Below are positions 39,740 through 49,742 of a stretch of DNA of 64,000 nt, piece by piece. Position 1 is the stretch's first letter, and the number at the start of each line of letters is the position of its first letter. A program made the translations under genes and the position numbers. The notes under the pieces were generated by a model that ran no database searches, was not told where the DNA came from, and saw only the letters and a program-made list of their open reading frames with translations. The stretch is from an uncultured delta proteobacterium (lineage in GTDB: Bacteria; Desulfobacterota; Binatia; UBA9968), in contig CAVSHR010000006.1 in the NCBI GenBank assembly GCA_963727625.1, positions 160,001 to 224,000 on the forward strand. The letters run 5' to 3'.

Positions 39740-40483
39740 ATGAAATCCGCCGATGCCAAAACATTCGTCGACAATCTTTATAAAGATGTCTACGCTCACT
39801 GGGATAAGAAAATCAATCACGGTGCCTTTATGACCCAACTGCGCGCCGGGACCCTGCCGCTGCCCTGCCTGCGCCGTTTTTTCAAGGACTGGAGCCTTTT
39901 TTCCATCGAAGTCGTGGCGCTCAACGCCGTGTCCTATTACGTCCACCTGCCGTTCTTCGTCGAGAATTACGATCTCTTACCGGCTTTTTCCGACAAGATC
40001 GCAGAAGAGCTTATCGCACCCAAGCCGCCGGGCCATATTCTAATCCTGCTCGAGACCGCCAACGCACTGGGGTTGTCGAAAGAAGAGATGTTCGAGCAGC
40101 CGGCCTCCGCTCCCGGCCGGGCGATCAGCGACTACTGCCGGCGGGTCTTTCAAGACGGCTCGATCATTGAGCTGTGGGGCGCCCACGCCTATGAAGAAAC
40201 CCTCGCCCACTGGTCGCAGCAATGGGGCAGGTCTCTTGTTGACCATTACGGTCTGAGCAAACGCCAGGCTATTTACTTTACCGCCCATGCCGAAGCCGAC
40301 CTGGTGCAGCATGAAGAGCGCATGGGCCATGGGCCGATGAACCGCATGATCCTCCAGCGCATCGTCGAACAGGGAAAGACCGCTCAAAAACTCGGCTACG
40401 ATCCCAAGTACTGCGCCTTCACCATGGTCGATCTGCACGCCCTCATGGAACAGCACGCCCTGGAAAATCCTTATCCCGCGTAA
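39740..40483 (+). CDS. Heme-oxygenase-like (PqqC/CADD/TenA-type) iron-containing redox protein
   Basis: KIAEE...GH, AYEE and YFTAHAEAD...H. Confidence 0.65.
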   Translation: MKSADAKTFVDNLYKDVYAHWDKKINHGAFMTQLRAGTLPLPCLRRFFKDWSLFSIEVVALNAVSYYVHLPFFVENYDLLPAFSDKIAEELIAPKPPGHILILLETANALGLSKEEMFEQPASAPGRAISDYCRRVFQDGSIIELWGAHAYEETLAHWSQQWGRSLVDHYGLSKRQAIYFTAHAEADLVQHEERMGHGPMNRMILQRIVEQGKTAQKLGYDPKYCAFTMVDLHALMEQHALENPYPA

Positions 40484-40493
40484 GTGAATCGGC

Positions 40494-41513
40494 GTGCCTG
40501 ATTCATTCAACGCGGCTTCGTTGCACCGCTCAGAGTTCAAGACACAACTTTCTCAATTGCGAGATTGGGCCCTGCGCCTTGTTCGCCTCATCGCGGCCGT
40601 CACTTGCCTGGTGGTTTTTATTTGTTTACCCGAGGGCACGGCCGCGCCGTTGCCGGGAAGTTGGCAGGCTCGCGCCGCCATGCCCTCGGCGCGCACTGAA
40701 GTCGCCGCCGCAGAACTGGCAGGCAAAGTCTACATTATCGGCGGTTACGAAAAGGGCCGCGGTCTCGTCGAAGCCTACGATCCAAGCAAAGACACCTGGC
40801 AGCGCCGCGCTTCCCTGCCTAAACCTTTACACCATGTCGGTGCTACTGCGATAAATGGAAAGATTTACGTCATCGGCGGCTTCATGACCGGTGTCGGGAC
40901 GGTCGATACGGTTTACCAATATGATCCCGACCATGACCGCTGGAGCGTCAAGCAACCCATGCCCACCGCGCGAAGCGCGCTTGCCGTGAGCAGCATTGGC
41001 GGCAAGATCTACGCGGTGGGCGGGATCGGCGCCAATGGGAAGGATACCCGCGCCAACGAAGAGTATGATCCGGCACAAGATCGTTGGTCTAAAAGAGCCG
41101 GCCTGCCGACGCCGCGGGATCATTTGGCGATCGGCGTCGTCGCAGGCAAACTCTACGCGATCGGCGGGCGTCTCAACGGCCGCCACGACCGCAACCTAAC
41201 CGCTAATGAGGAATACGACCCGGTCGCGAATCTTTGGAAGACCCTACCGCCTATGCCCACGGTGCGCAGCGGCATCGGCGCCGCCGTGCTCGATGGCAAA
41301 GTGTTTATTTTCGGCGGCGAATCGACACGAGGAACGCACGATCAAGTCGAATCATACGACCCGCAGAAACGCCGCTGGCAGCGCTGGGCGCCGATGCCCA
41401 CCGCGCGCCACGGCTTCGGCGTAGCCGTTCTCGGCCGATCGATCTACGTCATCGCCGGCGGCCCGAAGCCGGGCGCGAGCTTTTCATCGGTGAACGAAGT
41501 CTTCACGCCGTAA
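40494..41513 (+). CDS. Kelch-repeat beta-propeller protein
   Basis: Six repeats of GKxYxIGG...YDP..W...MPTAR. Confidence 0.92.
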   Translation: MPDSFNAASLHRSEFKTQLSQLRDWALRLVRLIAAVTCLVVFICLPEGTAAPLPGSWQARAAMPSARTEVAAAELAGKVYIIGGYEKGRGLVEAYDPSKDTWQRRASLPKPLHHVGATAINGKIYVIGGFMTGVGTVDTVYQYDPDHDRWSVKQPMPTARSALAVSSIGGKIYAVGGIGANGKDTRANEEYDPAQDRWSKRAGLPTPRDHLAIGVVAGKLYAIGGRLNGRHDRNLTANEEYDPVANLWKTLPPMPTVRSGIGAAVLDGKVFIFGGESTRGTHDQVESYDPQKRRWQRWAPMPTARHGFGVAVLGRSIYVIAGGPKPGASFSSVNEVFTP

Positions 41514-42515
41514 TTAGCGTTCGTCGAGGAACGATAAAATTCTCCTCGGCAGCCATTCAAGGCTTCCTGGAATCTTGCCCGTAACAAATCCGACATGGCC
41601 GCCCCGTTCGGGAAACTCCAAAGATACCGCGGCTGAAACTTCGCCATGGTCTGGCAACGCGGACTCCGGTAAAAATGGATCGTTGCGCGCGTTGATGAGC
41701 AAAGTCGGCACCTTGATTTCCTTCAGCCAGGGTTTGCTGCTCGACCGCGTCCAGTAATCGTCGGCGTCTTTGAAACCGTGGATCGGCGCGGTGAACAGGT
41801 CGTCGAACTGGCGAAAGGTCGAACTGGAGCGAAGCGCGCAGGCATCGATCGGCAGCTCGTGGGCGGCAATTTTTGCTAGTGCCCTCTGCCGCAAATATTT
41901 GAGGAAATATCGGGTGTAAATGAACCTATGGAGACCGCGGTCGAGCTGGTCCGCCGCGGCGACGAGATCCAGCGGCGTCGACACGGCGACAGCGCGATCG
42001 ATAACCGGCAGCGCTGCCGCGCCTTGTTCGCCGAGCCATTTCAAGAGCATATTGCCGCCGAGCGACACGCCGACGACGTCAATCTCGCTTCGCGGATTTT
42101 CGCTCTTGAGCCGTCGCAGAATCCAATCGATTTCGCGCGAGTCGCCGGAATGATAGGTGCGCGCCAAACGGTTCGGCTCGCCGCTGCAGCCGCGAAAGTG
42201 CGGCACCACACCTCGCCAGCCTCGCTTGCGAACCTCAGCCAGCAAGCTCAGCGCGTAGTGGCTGCGCGAACAACCTTCCAGGCCGTGAAACAGGACTAAT
42301 AATTTTTCACCGTCCAGCGGCGTGCCATCGAGCCAATCGAGATCGATGAAATCGCCGTCGGGCGTCTCCCAGCGCTCGCGCTTGTACAGGACCGAATAAT
42401 TGCGCCTTAGCCAACGCGCGTAAATCGTTTGCAAGTGTCGGCCCGGCAACCACCACGGCGCGCGGTAGCTCGACTGCACAGTTACGCCGGCGGCAGCTGT
42501 CCATTCGCGATACAT
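41514..42515 (-). CDS. YheT-family alpha/beta hydrolase
   Basis: HLQTI, HGLEG, GVSLGG, NDPF and GGHVGF; start trimmed to about 42515. Confidence 0.9.
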   Translation of the reverse strand: MYREWTAAAGVTVQSSYRAPWWLPGRHLQTIYARWLRRNYSVLYKRERWETPDGDFIDLDWLDGTPLDGEKLLVLFHGLEGCSRSHYALSLLAEVRKRGWRGVVPHFRGCSGEPNRLARTYHSGDSREIDWILRRLKSENPRSEIDVVGVSLGGNMLLKWLGEQGAAALPVIDRAVAVSTPLDLVAAADQLDRGLHRFIYTRYFLKYLRQRALAKIAAHELPIDACALRSSSTFRQFDDLFTAPIHGFKDADDYWTRSSSKPWLKEIKVPTLLINARNDPFLPESALPDHGEVSAAVSLEFPERGGHVGFVTGKIPGSLEWLPRRILSFLDER

Positions 42516-42544
42516 CGTTTTGAACGGCTTGAACGTTTTGAACT

Positions 42545-45508
42545 CTATTTTCCCAGCCTCTCCGGCGGCACAAACCCATGGCGCAGGGTATTTTCCGAAA
42601 TCGTTCTCGGTTCGAGAAACTGCAGGAGATAATCCGGACCGCCGGCCTTGGAGCCGATGCCCGAGAGCTTGAGCCCGCCGAAGGGCTGGCGCTCGACGAC
42701 GGCGCCGGTGATGCCGCGGTTGATGTACAAGTTGCCGACACGAAATTCTTGGCGGGCGATTTCGATATGCGCCGGCGAACGGGAAAAAATCCCGCCGGTC
42801 AAGGCAAAGGCTGAGGTGTTGGCAATCTCCAGCGCCTGGTCGAAATCCCGCGCTTTGATCACCGACAGCACCGGACCGAAAATTTCTTCCTGCGCGAGCC
42901 GGCTGCGCGGGTCGACATCGGCGAAAATCGCCGGACCGACGAAAAAACCTTCTTTCGGCGCGTTCATTTCGACGACGCATTTCGCTTCTCTCTTGCCCAG
43001 ACGGATATACTCGGCGATGCGCTCGCGAGCCGCGCTCTCGATCACCGGGCCGACGGCGTTTCCCGGATCCTCCGGCGGACCGATCTTGAGACTGCGCGCC
43101 GCTTCGGCAAGGCGGGACAACAGCCGATCATGGACCTGGTCGAGAAGAATAATCCGCGACGCCGCGGAGCATTTCTGCCCCTGGTAACCGAACGCCGAAT
43201 CGATGATGTGCAGCACCGCTTCGTCGAGATCGGCGTCGTCGTCGACGATCACCGCGTTCTTGCCGCCCATTTCGCACACCACTCGCTTCACATGCTGTTG
43301 CCCAGGCCGCTGGGTGTAGGCCTCGCGGAGAATTTCCAGACCCACTTCGCGCGAGCCGGTAAAGGCAATCAAGTGAATCTTCGGCGAGCGCACCAAATGA
43401 GCGCCGATCTCGCCGCCGCCCTGGAGCAGCTGGCATGCGTCTTCGGGCACTCCCGCTGCACGTAAGATATTGAGCAATCGCACCGCCATGATCGGCGACT
43501 GCTCGGCCGGTTTCATCAGCGCGCAGTTGCCGGTGACCAGTGCCGCCGCGGTCATGCCGGTCAGAATCGCCAAAGGAAAATTCCACGGCGCGATGATCGC
43601 GGCCACACCGCGCGGCTCGTAAAAATAGATATTGGTTTCGCCGGGAAGTTCTTGGGTCCGGCGCGGTGGCGCAAGACGGAGCATTTCGCGTGCGTAATAT
43701 TCCAAGTAATCGATCGCTTCACAGACATCGGCATCCGCTTCACGCCACCCTTTGCCGACTTCGAAAAGCTCCCACGCCGCCAACTCCCAGCGCTGCTTGC
43801 GCATGATGCCGGCGGCTTTGAAAAGGATTTGCGCGCGTTCGGCGGCCGGCGTGGCGCGCCATTTAGCAAAATACCGCGCCGCGCTGTCAACTGCCGCTTC
43901 CGCTTCATCGATGGAAGTAACCCGAACCCGGCCGACTATCTCTTTGGGATTGGCCGGGTTCACCGACTCGAGCCATTTGCCGCTGCTGCGCCGGCGGAGC
44001 GATCTTTTGAATTCGCCGCGAATCTCGTTAATCGCTTCACCGAAACGCTCGCGTTTCTCCCGCCGTGAAAAATCGGCGGGCGGCTCATTGCGAAACGGGC
44101 TCAAGGCATCGTTCGCTTTGGCGAACGGTGTGATCCTGTCTTCATCCGGGTTCGCTGGCCGTGCCGGCGCTTTGATCAAAGCGGCGATGTCTTTACGATC
44201 GGCGTAGGTCTGGCGCAAAAACGAGGTGTTTGAAGTGTTCTCCATTAAACGGCGAATCAGATAGGAAATCCCGGGCAGCAGTTCGCCCACCGGTAGATAA
44301 ACGCGCAATCTCTGGCCATTTTGAATGATCGCCCGGCGCACCGGCTCGGCCATGCCGTAGAGCATTTGGATTTCATAGCCGTTGGCCGGAACGCCCGACT
44401 CTTTGGCCGCTACAATAGCGTGGGCCAGGCTGCGCAGGTTGTGACTGCCGAATGCGGCGTCGATCATGTCGTGGTTTTCAAGAAGCAACCGACTGAGCCG
44501 CTCGTAGCTTGAGTCGGTCTCCGTTTTGTCGAGATAAACGGGAATCGGCCAGCCTTTCTGCTTGGCCCAGGCGATCTCGCTGTCCCAGTACGCGCCTTTC
44601 ACCAGGCGCACACCGATGCGCCGCTGGCGGCGGCGCGCCCAATCGATCAGTCCGCGCACGTCGGCTTCCGCATCGCGAAGATAGGCTTGCAGCGCAATCG
44701 CGGCGTGCGGTCCGTCGTGAAATTCCTCTTCCGCCAGCACGCCGCAAAAAATTTCCAGGGTTAGATCCTTGAAGGCGTATTGCTCCATGTCGACGGTGAT
44801 CGCCGCGCCCGATTGTGCCGCTTCACGCAACAGCTCGCGCAGCCGTTCACGCACGGTCTTTTCGCTATGGGGATCGAGCGGATCGAAGCGCGCGCACAGA
44901 GAAGACAACTTGACCGACAAGTTAACCCGAGGAATTTTTTCCAGGGGCGAATCATCGATTTGCGCGATGTCCGGCCATGTCACACTGACGTTGGCCAAGC
45001 GCCGTAACAGATCGAGATAGCGCCGCTGCATGGCGCTTGCTTCCGCGTCGCTGACGGTGGCCTCGCCGACGACGTCCAAGGTGAACGACGCGGGCTCCCG
45101 TCTCAGGCCGGTCAGCACTTTGATCAAAGGTTCGCCGCTCTCCTCGGCGATGAAGCGGCGCGCCAGCTTGATCACGTTGCGGCGCACGACGGGAGCAACC
45201 CAAGTTCCTGCGTGCAGCGCTTGGGCGAGGTAGGCCAGACCGCCGAGCGCGTGATCGACGCGGGTGAAATATTCTTGGAGATGGCGGCCGATCTCCGACG
45301 AAGATTCCAGGCTCGGCAGCACGTCGACAAAACGAAACAGGGCAACCCGCAGCGACTCGTCTTCGAGCGACCAGTCGATCATTCGTCCGAGTAGATCTTT
45401 GGCTTCGAAGAGCGACGGCTTATGCTGCGCCGCTTTCTGATAAAGCGCGCGCGCCAGCGTCTGCACCGCTTGCTCGGTTCGATCGTTACGCACAGTGTTG
45501 GCAGCCAT
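42545..45508 (-). CDS. putA: Bifunctional proline dehydrogenase / P5C dehydrogenase
   Basis: VRLVKGAYWD, YLIRRLMENTSN, EMGGKN, GQKCSA and EEIFGPV. Confidence 0.95.
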   Translation of the reverse strand: MAANTVRNDRTEQAVQTLARALYQKAAQHKPSLFEAKDLLGRMIDWSLEDESLRVALFRFVDVLPSLESSSEIGRHLQEYFTRVDHALGGLAYLAQALHAGTWVAPVVRRNVIKLARRFIAEESGEPLIKVLTGLRREPASFTLDVVGEATVSDAEASAMQRRYLDLLRRLANVSVTWPDIAQIDDSPLEKIPRVNLSVKLSSLCARFDPLDPHSEKTVRERLRELLREAAQSGAAITVDMEQYAFKDLTLEIFCGVLAEEEFHDGPHAAIALQAYLRDAEADVRGLIDWARRRQRRIGVRLVKGAYWDSEIAWAKQKGWPIPVYLDKTETDSSYERLSRLLLENHDMIDAAFGSHNLRSLAHAIVAAKESGVPANGYEIQMLYGMAEPVRRAIIQNGQRLRVYLPVGELLPGISYLIRRLMENTSNTSFLRQTYADRKDIAALIKAPARPANPDEDRITPFAKANDALSPFRNEPPADFSRREKRERFGEAINEIRGEFKRSLRRRSSGKWLESVNPANPKEIVGRVRVTSIDEAEAAVDSAARYFAKWRATPAAERAQILFKAAGIMRKQRWELAAWELFEVGKGWREADADVCEAIDYLEYYAREMLRLAPPRRTQELPGETNIYFYEPRGVAAIIAPWNFPLAILTGMTAAALVTGNCALMKPAEQSPIMAVRLLNILRAAGVPEDACQLLQGGGEIGAHLVRSPKIHLIAFTGSREVGLEILREAYTQRPGQQHVKRVVCEMGGKNAVIVDDDADLDEAVLHIIDSAFGYQGQKCSAASRIILLDQVHDRLLSRLAEAARSLKIGPPEDPGNAVGPVIESAARERIAEYIRLGKREAKCVVEMNAPKEGFFVGPAIFADVDPRSRLAQEEIFGPVLSVIKARDFDQALEIANTSAFALTGGIFSRSPAHIEIARQEFRVGNLYINRGITGAVVERQPFGGLKLSGIGSKAGGPDYLLQFLEPRTISENTLRHGFVPPERLGK

Positions 45509-45633
45509 CGAGAGTCACGATCCGTTTGAATTAACCGCCTTCATCATAATACGATCGCAGCACTTGCTGAAGCCCTCGGCCGGAGGTAACCGCAGGATTC
45601 GCACCGCCGGGGCGGAGAGGTCGACAGCCGATC

Positions 45634-47337
45634 ATGAGTGAAGCCGCCGCTTTGAAACTCGCAACGCTTACCGGCGCCGAAGCCGCCGTGGAGATGCTCA
45701 AGGCCCATGGCGTAGAAATCCTTTTTGGCCTATGCGGCGACACCAGCCTGCCGTTTTACGACGCGCTGGCGCGCTTGCCGCACGGCATGCGCCACGTGCT
45801 GGCGCGCGACGAGCGCTCAGCCGCCTACATGGCCGACGGCTACGCCCGCGTGTCAGGAAAAGTCGGGGTATGCGAAGGGCCGAGCGGCGGCGGCGTGACC
45901 TATATCGTGCCTGGCCTTGCCGAAGCCAACGAATCATCGGTGCCGCTGCTTTGCATTAATTCCGATATCTCCGTCGCGGCGCGCGGCCGTTACACGCTCA
46001 CTGAATTGGACCAAGGCGCGCTCATGCGCCCGGTGACGAAATGGAACACCGTGCTCAACCGCAGCGAAGACTTGCCGCGAACCTTTCGCGCCGCGTTCAA
46101 ACAGATCACCACGGGGCGGCCCGGCGCCGCGCATATCGCCCTGCCCTTCGACGTCCAAAACGGCCGAGTCAATAAAGCCGACGTTTGGGGCGAGCAGCGC
46201 TTTGGCCGCTACCCGGCTGCGCGCGTGGCGCCCGATGGCGACTCGGTCGAGCGCGCCGCCGCCCTACTGCGCGAGGCCGCAAGTCCAATTTTTATCTGCG
46301 GCGGCGGCGTGATGATCGCCGCAGCCGAGCCCGAGCTCATCGAGCTCGCCGAGCGCCTGTCGGCGCCGGTGGCCACTACGATCAGCGGCAAAGGCTCCCT
46401 TGCCGAAGACCACCCGCTCGCCGTCGGTGTGGTCGGCTCCAACGGCGGCACGCCGGAAACCCGCGCCCTGGTCGATCAGGCAGACCTGATTGTTTTCATC
46501 GGCTGCCGCGCCGGGTCGGTCACCACTGAGCGCTGGCGTCATCCAGCGCCGGGAAAAAATAAAGTCGTTCATCTCGACGTTGACCCGGCCGTGCCCGGCG
46601 CCAATTATCCAGTGGACGTGGCTTTGATTGGCGATGCCAAGCTGGCGTTGCGGATGTTGAATGAAGCGCTGGCGAGCACGCGCCGTCCGCTCGACGCATC
46701 GCGCGTGGCGTTCGCCAAGGAACAGAAGTTCGCCAAATTTCAAGCCCTCGCCGAGTCCATCGATCGCCCGATCAAACCCGAGCGCGTGATCGCCGAGCTC
46801 AGCCGTGTCCTCGACGCCGATGCGATCGTCGTCGCCGACGCCGGTACGCCCTGTCCGTATTTTTCAGCCTATTACCCGGTGCGCGCTACCGGGCGGCGAG
46901 TTTTCTCCAACCGCGCCCACGGCGCCCTCGGCTACTCGATGGCGGCGGCGATGGGTGCTCACTTCGCACGCCCCGAAGTGAATTGCGTGTCGGTGATGGG
47001 CGACGGCAGCTTCGGCTTTACCTGCGGCGAGCTGGAAACCGCCGCGCGCTACCGTCTGCCGATTACATTTATCGTGATTGCCAATGGCAGCTACGGCTGG
47101 ATCAAAGCCGGGCAAAAATCGGGCTACGGCCAGCGCTATTTCTCGGTCGATTTCAGCGCCACCGATCACGCCGCGGTCGCCAGTGCCTTCGGTGTCAAAA
47201 GCCGGCGCGTCACCGACCCGAATGAACTGGGTCAAGCGCTCAAGGAAGCATTGGCGCACGGCGGGCCCAGTCTGGTCGACATCGTTTGCCAGCCGCTCCA
47301 GGACGCCAAAGCGCCGGTGTCGGAGTGGGTGGCGTAA
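45634..47337 (+). CDS. Thiamine-pyrophosphate-dependent enzyme (acetolactate synthase-like)
   Basis: RDERSAAYMADGYAR and GDGSFG...N TPP motif. Confidence 0.9.
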   Translation: MSEAAALKLATLTGAEAAVEMLKAHGVEILFGLCGDTSLPFYDALARLPHGMRHVLARDERSAAYMADGYARVSGKVGVCEGPSGGGVTYIVPGLAEANESSVPLLCINSDISVAARGRYTLTELDQGALMRPVTKWNTVLNRSEDLPRTFRAAFKQITTGRPGAAHIALPFDVQNGRVNKADVWGEQRFGRYPAARVAPDGDSVERAAALLREAASPIFICGGGVMIAAAEPELIELAERLSAPVATTISGKGSLAEDHPLAVGVVGSNGGTPETRALVDQADLIVFIGCRAGSVTTERWRHPAPGKNKVVHLDVDPAVPGANYPVDVALIGDAKLALRMLNEALASTRRPLDASRVAFAKEQKFAKFQALAESIDRPIKPERVIAELSRVLDADAIVVADAGTPCPYFSAYYPVRATGRRVFSNRAHGALGYSMAAAMGAHFARPEVNCVSVMGDGSFGFTCGELETAARYRLPITFIVIANGSYGWIKAGQKSGYGQRYFSVDFSATDHAAVASAFGVKSRRVTDPNELGQALKEALAHGGPSLVDIVCQPLQDAKAPVSEWVA

Positions 47338-47340
47338 AAA

Positions 47341-47422
47341 TAGGCACGAGGCTTGAGCCGTGAGTGAAGAATTTAGATTCTGGATTCTCTGACTCGCGCC
47401 TCGTGCCTCAAGACTCACGCCT
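47341..47422. repeat. Heptamer-period imperfect palindrome between convergent genes
   Basis: AGGCACG AGGCTTG AGCCGTG AG ... CTCGCGC CTCGTGC CTCAAGA CTCACGC. Confidence 0.6.
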
Positions 47423-47884
47423 TCAGTTTTTCAGCCGCACTTTGGTTCCAAGGTTGGCGCAGTCCTCATCGGTCTTTAGGCCGGCGGCGCGGATGCCGTG
47501 AGCGGCGAGCTCTTCGTCGCGTTCCTGGGTATCGCCGGTGACGCCAACGGCGCCGAGCAACTCGCCGTTGGCGTTTCGGATCAGCATGCCGCCGCCTTCG
47601 GGAAAGAGCTGGTCATCAGAGGCGCGGATCAGATACTGCATGAAGAGCGGGCGCTCCTCTGTGCGCATGCGCACCAGCGATGATGAGCGTCCGAGCGAGA
47701 GAGCGGCGTAGGCTTTGCCGTAGGCCATCTCAAACCGCATCATCGCCGAATCGTCTTCTTTTTGAAACGCTTTGACTTTGGCGCCGGGCTCGACGACGAT
47801 GACGCTCATCGGACGGCAGTCGAGCTCGCGCCCGTGCGCCAGAATCGCCGCGATGATCCGATTCGCCTGTTCCAGTGTTATCAT
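47423..47884 (-). CDS. GlcG/HbpS heme-binding-family protein
   Basis: AYGKAYAA and GG...LLGAVGVTG...DE. Confidence 0.88.
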   Translation of the reverse strand: MITLEQANRIIAAILAHGRELDCRPMSVIVVEPGAKVKAFQKEDDSAMMRFEMAYGKAYAALSLGRSSSLVRMRTEERPLFMQYLIRASDDQLFPEGGGMLIRNANGELLGAVGVTGDTQERDEELAAHGIRAAGLKTDEDCANLGTKVRLKN

Positions 47885-47961
47885 GATCGCGTTCCCTCGC
47901 CCGCTCCTGAAAAGCTCTCAAGAGTCACAGTTCGGCCTCACCACGAGCAATGCACAGAATA

Positions 47962-48034
47962 TCTCCCGCTAAGACGCAAAGGCCGCAAAGGAAAACCCAA
48001 TTTCGAACTTGGCGTTCTTGGCGCCTTGGCGCGA
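47962..48034. repeat. REP-like 9-mer-period palindrome
   Basis: CGCTAAGACGCAAAGGCCGCAAAG ... CTTGGCGTTCTTGGCGCCTTGGCG. Confidence 0.55.
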
Positions 48035-48047
48035 GCAAATCCGTTTC

Positions 48048-48902
48048 TTAGCTAAACAGAACCTTGGCGAGCTCGGAGCGATATTTGTCCGTCAGCGGAT
48101 CGTCCGAACCCAGCACTTCGAAGATCTGCACCATCGCCTTGCGCGCGCCGTCCTCTTGAAACTCGCGATCCGCCTTGACGACGCCGAGAAATTCTTTGAG
48201 CGCTTCGTCGTACTTTTCCGCGCCCGCCAGCGCCTGGGCGAGCTCGAACTTCGCGGCAATGTTGTTAGGCTCGGCCTTGACCTTATCCCTGAGCACCGTA
48301 AGGTTTTCCGCCGCGCCGCTTTGGAGGTTTAAGCGTGCGATCAGCCGGTCGGCTTCCTTGCGCTCGTCGGCGACGATGGAAATTTTATCGAGATATTCCA
48401 GAGCCGCGTCCGACTCCCCTTCGTTCATCGTCAATTGACCGAGCCCGAGCAGCGCCTTGGGATGGTTCGGATCGGAATCGAGGATCTTTTGGTAGAGCGC
48501 CTTCGCCTCATCGCTTTTTCCCAGCTCTTCGAGGGCCCGCGCTGCCAGCGCTTGCTTGTCCGCCGCGGTAGGCAAGAATTTGGTTAGAAACTCGCGCAAC
48601 ATCGGCTCGGGCAACGCGCCGGTAAATTCCGAGGCGAGATCGCCGTCCTTGAAAAGCTTCACGGCCGGGATGCCCTGAATGCCGAACATGCCGGCGAGAT
48701 TGGGATTCTCATCGACGTTCAGCTTGGCGAGCAGGAAATCGCCGGCATATTCCTCGGCTAGTTTTTCCAACATTGGGCCGAGGGTTTTGCAAGGGCCGCA
48801 CCAGGGCGCCCAAAAGTCCACCAGAACCGGAACTTCGAGGGAGCGTCCCAGGACCTCCGCTTCGAAATTCTCTTCGCTAACGTCGATCGTCCACTGATTC
48901 AT
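48048..48902 (-). CDS. cnoX: Thioredoxin-TPR chaperedoxin (CnoX/YbbN)
   Basis: WCGPC thioredoxin followed by TPR repeats and DGARK..YR..L. Confidence 0.9.
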   Translation of the reverse strand: MNQWTIDVSEENFEAEVLGRSLEVPVLVDFWAPWCGPCKTLGPMLEKLAEEYAGDFLLAKLNVDENPNLAGMFGIQGIPAVKLFKDGDLASEFTGALPEPMLREFLTKFLPTAADKQALAARALEELGKSDEAKALYQKILDSDPNHPKALLGLGQLTMNEGESDAALEYLDKISIVADERKEADRLIARLNLQSGAAENLTVLRDKVKAEPNNIAAKFELAQALAGAEKYDEALKEFLGVVKADREFQEDGARKAMVQIFEVLGSDDPLTDKYRSELAKVLFS

Positions 48903-49165
48903 TTCAGCTGTTTTCTCCCACCTTGAATGTTTTGAACGGCTTGAATGAGTTGAACAGGATTATTTCGCGATGATCGCCTTGGCAAAGTTGCGCACGTTGG
49001 CCGCCACCGGTCGCATGGCATCGACCACGCTTTCCCAAATTTTTAAATCCTAAAAATTATTGCGAGCCGCGAATCGGGTTTTTTTGAAATTTGACATTGT
49101 TTCGAGCTTCAGATTTCGTGCTTCGAATTTTTCTTGGCGAACTCTGCGCGCCCGCGGCGAAGAAT

Positions 49166-49657
49166 TTATTTCTTAAACGCCGCCGGGTCGAACGCCGTAC
49201 CATTGAGTGTGTATGCGCTCTTCACGGCCGTCGGATTGCGGATCGTTTGAATCACATAGCAGCCGGCTTCGGCGTTGCGCACCACCTTGGCGATTTTTTC
49301 CGGCGCTTCCTTGGAGGTAATCTCGCAGCGCGTCTCGACACCCAGCCCTTCTGCCTGCACGGTCTCGCGCAGCACCGAACCTTCGTTCTTGAAGCGCGCG
49401 GTGACGTAGACCTTGGCTTTTTCAATATGAGTCTTGAGCATTTCCCCGTACCGGGAAATTTGTGTGAGCAGTCAAAACCCGACCGAGAGGCCAAAGTAAG
49501 CCAATGGCGGCGGTGCGGTATTGTCGCCGCCGATACGTTCCCCTTCATCACAGAAAACCGTGAAGCCGCGGGCGTGCCCTTCCTTGCGCATGCGTTGCAG
49601 CGTCTCGGCGTCAGCCTCTAAAACAATCTCTCGCTTGATTTGCAGCTCTTCGGCCAT
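49166..49657 (-). CDS. OsmC-family protein, probable selenoprotein (in-frame TGA at 49472-49474)
   Basis: Track ORFs 49472..49669 and 49166..49441 are in one frame: DEGERIGGDNTAPPPLAYFGLSVGF-U-LLTQISRYG...AEAGCYV. A hairpin follows the TGA. Confidence 0.8.
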
Positions 49658-49742
49658 GAGTTCTCCCAATGGTGAAATTTATTCGCCCGGAGCCAATATA
49701 TTCAGAATCGGCCGCTATGCCAACCGCGCCGGTAAGTTTTCC

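Noticed and set aside
42516-42980. N-terminal extension of the 488-aa hydrolase ORF
   Set aside because: It overlaps the putA 3' end in another frame; homology begins near 42515.
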